A DNA stretch of 64,000 nt from Podarcis muralis (Eukaryota), in contig NC_135655.1 of assembly GCF_964188315.1 (NCBI RefSeq), positions 41,292,001-41,356,000 on the forward strand. The letters run 5' to 3'. Position 1 is the first letter of the stretch, and every line of letters starts with the position of its first letter. The notes under the pieces are model-generated. The model was not told where the DNA came from. It worked only from the letters and a program-made list of their open reading frames with translations, and ran no database searches. Shown here piece after piece: positions 60,025 to 64,000 of this stretch. Made by a program: the position numbers and the translations under genes.

Positions 60025-60754
60025 TCTCCTTCATGGAGAGCACTTTTTTGGTCCCAGTTGCTGCAGAGGCGCACCTGGCGTGGCAGTCGCTGTCCAGCTG
60101 CCACTGAAGGAGCCAGAAAGTGCGCTAATAAGGTGGCAATGAAAACAGTCATTGCTCATGGTGGTTCCGTGATTGCGCACCCCAATATCACCTTCAAGGA
60201 GGCCGTCCTTTTCAGGGACGATGGTGTGCATCTTTCCCCGTTGGGAAATGACACATGGTTCAATTCTGTTGTGTTGGGTTTGAAGGTGGGGTTGCAGTTG
60301 TGAGTGGTTGGCGGCGAGCTTGAGTGCTCGGTGGCGGTTAGGCATTGGTTTATGGTTTGGTTGGTTGAGGGGCATGGATTGGCTGTGCCTGCCCCTCTAA
60401 TGCTGCTGCTGCAAGGGATTCCATTAAAGGAATTGGGAGCTAACTATTGCTTGTCCACTCTGTCGAGGGGGCTCGGGCCATAGCAATGAGCTCCTGGTTG
60501 CATTTGGGGTGAGGGCAGGTTCCCTGCTCCGCGTAATCCCCAAGTGTATTCCCCTATTCTGACTTTCGCATCGTGCGGAATGTCAGTCTGTCCCCCATGG
60601 TGGGGGCAGATAGTCGCAACCAATGCCTACGCAACCACTCACAAATTTGTATTTTAATAAAGTTGTGGCCAAAATTATGCCAAAAATCTTAAACAAAAAT
60701 TTATGTGTGATGTGTGAGTTATTGGGGTGGACCTGGGGACCTCGACACGCAACA
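60025..60754 (+). mobile_element. Ngaro/DIRS-like (tyrosine-recombinase) retrotransposon 3' fragment with SGNH-hydrolase C-terminus
   Basis: Frame reads LFWSQLLQRRTWRG...GGSVIAHPNI...LFRDDGVHLSPLGND (SGNH block V DxxH). A structured non-coding end follows, with AATAAAAGTTGTGGCC. No RT or YR in the window, so the family is inferred. Confidence 0.65.
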
Positions 60755-62966
60755 TTCATTGGCTAAAAACAGTGAAAGGAGGGAACAGGATGGTCTCTCA
60801 GAAAACAAATGAAAATATTGCCTTCATATTTTGCCTCAAAACTCAGATTCTACAATTTCTAGAAATGAAAGCTGGGTTTATGGTTCATTGGGGGCAAGTT
60901 GCCCCCTTGCCCTCCCTGCGCTGTGCTATGCTGTGTGCCAAACCTGGTTGCTAACTGCTAACATCAAGAGCTCTTACTCTCCCTTCCTTCTTATGGTCCT
61001 TTACCAGACTTGGACCAGACAGCCCTTAAACTAGAGAAGTGCCCTCTATAAAGTATTACTGTGGCCACCCTAGTCATTGTTATTCTACCTCAAAAAGATG
61101 AAAACCAGCTTTCTTGTGGCATATGCTTTTGTAGGCCAAATCATACCACGTTAGACATATGGGATGCTGTGAGTTGATTGCAGTATTGCACAAAGAAAAC
61201 ATGTTTTTAGACATTGGGAGCCAAAGTCACAAAGCATACAAGAAATTAGGGCACCATTGAATTGGGAAGGAGAATGATATGTGGTGGTCAAAAAAATCCC
61301 TCAATCAGTAACAATGTTCACCTTTCCCCTCTGCTTGCTGACATTCATTTCAGAGCCCTCAACCCTGGATAGGACTTATTTCGAGCCATAGGTCAATATT
61401 GCCTATTCTGACACGCAGCAGTTTTCCAAGATGTCAGGCAGATAAAGACCTTTCCTGTCCCTGCTACCAGAGATATTTTTCTTTAAAAAACAACAACTGG
61501 AGACAACTAGGATTTCACCTGAGATCTTCTGCTGTCAAAGCATGTTCTCTACCCATTATGGTCCCTCAGTTCATGAACTGGCTGGCCATTATTTTTCTCT
61601 TATTGACATGTACTTTTGTATTTAACTTTCTGCAACTCTTCAGATGCATATATGAATGGAATTGTACTTACCTGGCTTCTTGTCAGTCACAGAATGTTTT
61701 TGTAATTAACTTCACTAGCAGATTGCATTTTTTCATTTAGTCCCAGGTACTCCCCCCCCCCACTTTTTTCTGCCTCTTTGTCCTAGTTTCTAATGCCAAT
61801 AAATATAAATATGTCACATAAATATGCCTATGAACAATAAACCAGCAACCTGCCTCTCAGTGCTACAAAATATGACACATGTCTCCAGTTAATTTCAAAG
61901 TCCAAAATATGGTGGGGCAAATCATAATGCAGCACAGTTATTTACCGCTAATCATTTGAGATTGCTATATGTGTTTGTTGGTTTGTTGTTTGTTGGTTTG
62001 TTGGTTTGTTGGTCTAGCATAAGGCGGATAAATTTAGTTCTGAAATTTAGTCCTACTTCAAGTTGTCTCTTGGAAAAGAGAAGGATAGGTAAAGGAACAG
62101 ATGCATCAGTAAAGGCAGGAGGTAAGTTTGCTGCCTACGGTACTTTCTTTCCACTTGAACTCTAAAGGAATGGGCATTAACCTAAGTTACCTGACAGTCC
62201 TAAACATAGTAAAGATCTAAAAATACCCTAGGCAGAATGTGCATCAGTTTTTCTTAATGGTTTGAAAAGAATTATTTTAATAAACATGACTTATTCCAAA
62301 TTTCCCTTGTCATATACAAAGTCTACTGGGCAAATAGATTATTGCAAAGGATGATAAGCTCACATCTGGGCTTCAAATTATGGTTAATTTATTGCAGACC
62401 TACTGGCCTGAGAGACAATCTGAGTAAGGTATTGTGCAATAACTCATGACTTGTCTCATGCAGGAATTTCTCTCTCTTAATATTAAAAAGAGAAAACAGG
62501 CCAAAGAAATCAGTTTCTAATATCTAGGTATTAATATTGCTACATTCCATTCCTTTGTACCAAAGAAGGACAAAAATTGGCTCTGATTGTGGGTGTAGCA
62601 CACCTGCTTGTGTCTCTTTGTAGAAAAAGTTGCTCCATCACTAAATAATGCCTGGATGGCAGACCACCTGGAAAGCATATGCGCAGTGCTAGGAACTCTT
62701 TGGAAGTACAAACATTAATTACAAACATTGGAAAGCAGTGGAAACAAAAGTCTCTTATGGCTCTGATCAGCAACTGGCCACGTGAATTTCATCAGTGCAG
62801 TGATCTGTTGTGTGTACATCTCTCTCGTGTTTTTGTTGTTGGGGGGAGGTATTGAAATTGTGCTTGACAGTTTTGCAGCAAGCTCATCAGCACTAACAAT
62901 CCCCAGCATCCTAGAAGGTGGACTGAAGAGAGGGCACATGTGTTGTGGCCAGGCTAGATGATGCAA

Positions 62967-63352
62967 GGGATACTGGTGGCGCTGTGGTCTAAACCACTGA
63001 GCCTCTTGGGCTTGCCGATCAGAAGGTTGGAGGTTCAAATCTGTGTGAGGGAGTGAGCACCCGTTGCTCTGTCCCAGCTCCTGCCAACCTAGCAGTTCAA
63101 AAGCACACCAGTGCAAGTAGATAAATAGGTACCACTGCGGTGGGAAGGTAAACGGCATTTCCATGCGCTCTGGTTTCCATCATGGTGCCCTGTTGTGCCA
63201 GAAGCGGTTTAGTCATGCTGGCTACATGACCCGGAAAAGCTGTCTGTGGACAAACACTGGCTCCCTTGGCCTGAAAGCGAGATGAGCACCATACCCCATA
63301 GTCAACTTTGACTTGAATTAACCGTCCAGGGGTCCTTTACCTTTACCTTACC
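62967..63352 (+). mobile_element. Sauria SINE, third (more diverged) subfamily
   Basis: Head GGGATACTGGTGGCGCTGTGGTCTAAACCACTGAGCC; tail CCTTTACCTTTACC; CpGs largely decayed. Confidence 0.88.
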
Positions 63353-64000
63353 TCAATGATGCACCAGTGAGGCACTGATAACCAGACCTGTTGAGTTCAC
63401 AAGCAGGTTCTCCTGCTTTTTCCTAAACTGGGCTGGGCTCAAAAGTCCCCCTGATACCAAGTCAGGAACACTGGCACCTATGTTTTTCTTCTCCCAGCCT
63501 CCCTCTGCAGTTCCTTTCTATGCAAATTGTATACTTCCCACCATAGATCTGCCATTAGACTCTGGAGATTTTGCTTGAGGGGGACTGATAGTGCCATAGC
63601 AACTTATGATTATGAAAGCTTAGGGCAGACTCTCAGTGTGGCTTTGACACACAGCTTTTTCATGACAACTGTTTCATCTGAATAATCTTTTGCATGAATG
63701 TAGGTTGGGAATTACCAAACTAATGGCAGCTGCCATCACATACATGGGTGTTCAAATGAAACACCACACAAACCTAATAAAATCATTTTGTTGTGACTTC
63801 ACTCAAAGAGTAAATTAGGATTTGGACCAATATGTTGTGTTATGTCTCTCAGGAACATTGTTGATAACAATCAGCATAGCTATAGTGTCTTCTTTTCCTG
63901 CTAACCCAGGGATGATGCTTCTTCAGTCTGGAGCACTGGGAGAAAATAAAGGGCTACTTAGGTGAATCTGCAATTTTGGGTTTTTCCAATTTCCTATTTT

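Overview
Repeat-rich vertebrate DNA, almost certainly from a squamate and probably a lacertid lizard, inferred from the mix of Sauria SINE, Squam3-like SINE, BovB/RTE, CR1, L2, L1 and Penelope repeats. I cannot name any host protein-coding gene. Every recognisable ORF is a transposon remnant, and only a few splice-signal-flanked candidate exons remain. The window looks like a large intron or an intergenic region. It holds about 60 transposon fragments, three solo LTRs with 5-bp target-site duplications (TSDs), a Ngaro/DIRS-like 3' end, microsatellites and two assembly gaps. The most interesting signals are: (1) a predicted HDV-like ribozyme fold in an inverted 5' end of BovB, inside a single 'ends-only' insertion; (2) minimal type-I hammerhead ribozyme motifs in Penelope terminal repeats, one apparently intact and two forming a head-to-head palindrome; (3) three MITEs with CA(T/G)A...TATG ends, 6-bp TSDs and a shared [A/C]TAATG target; (4) a junction-complementary fold in the Ngaro-like 3' end; (5) an unexplained ~127-nt hairpin. 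Family names come from memory of consensus sequences, not from database searches.
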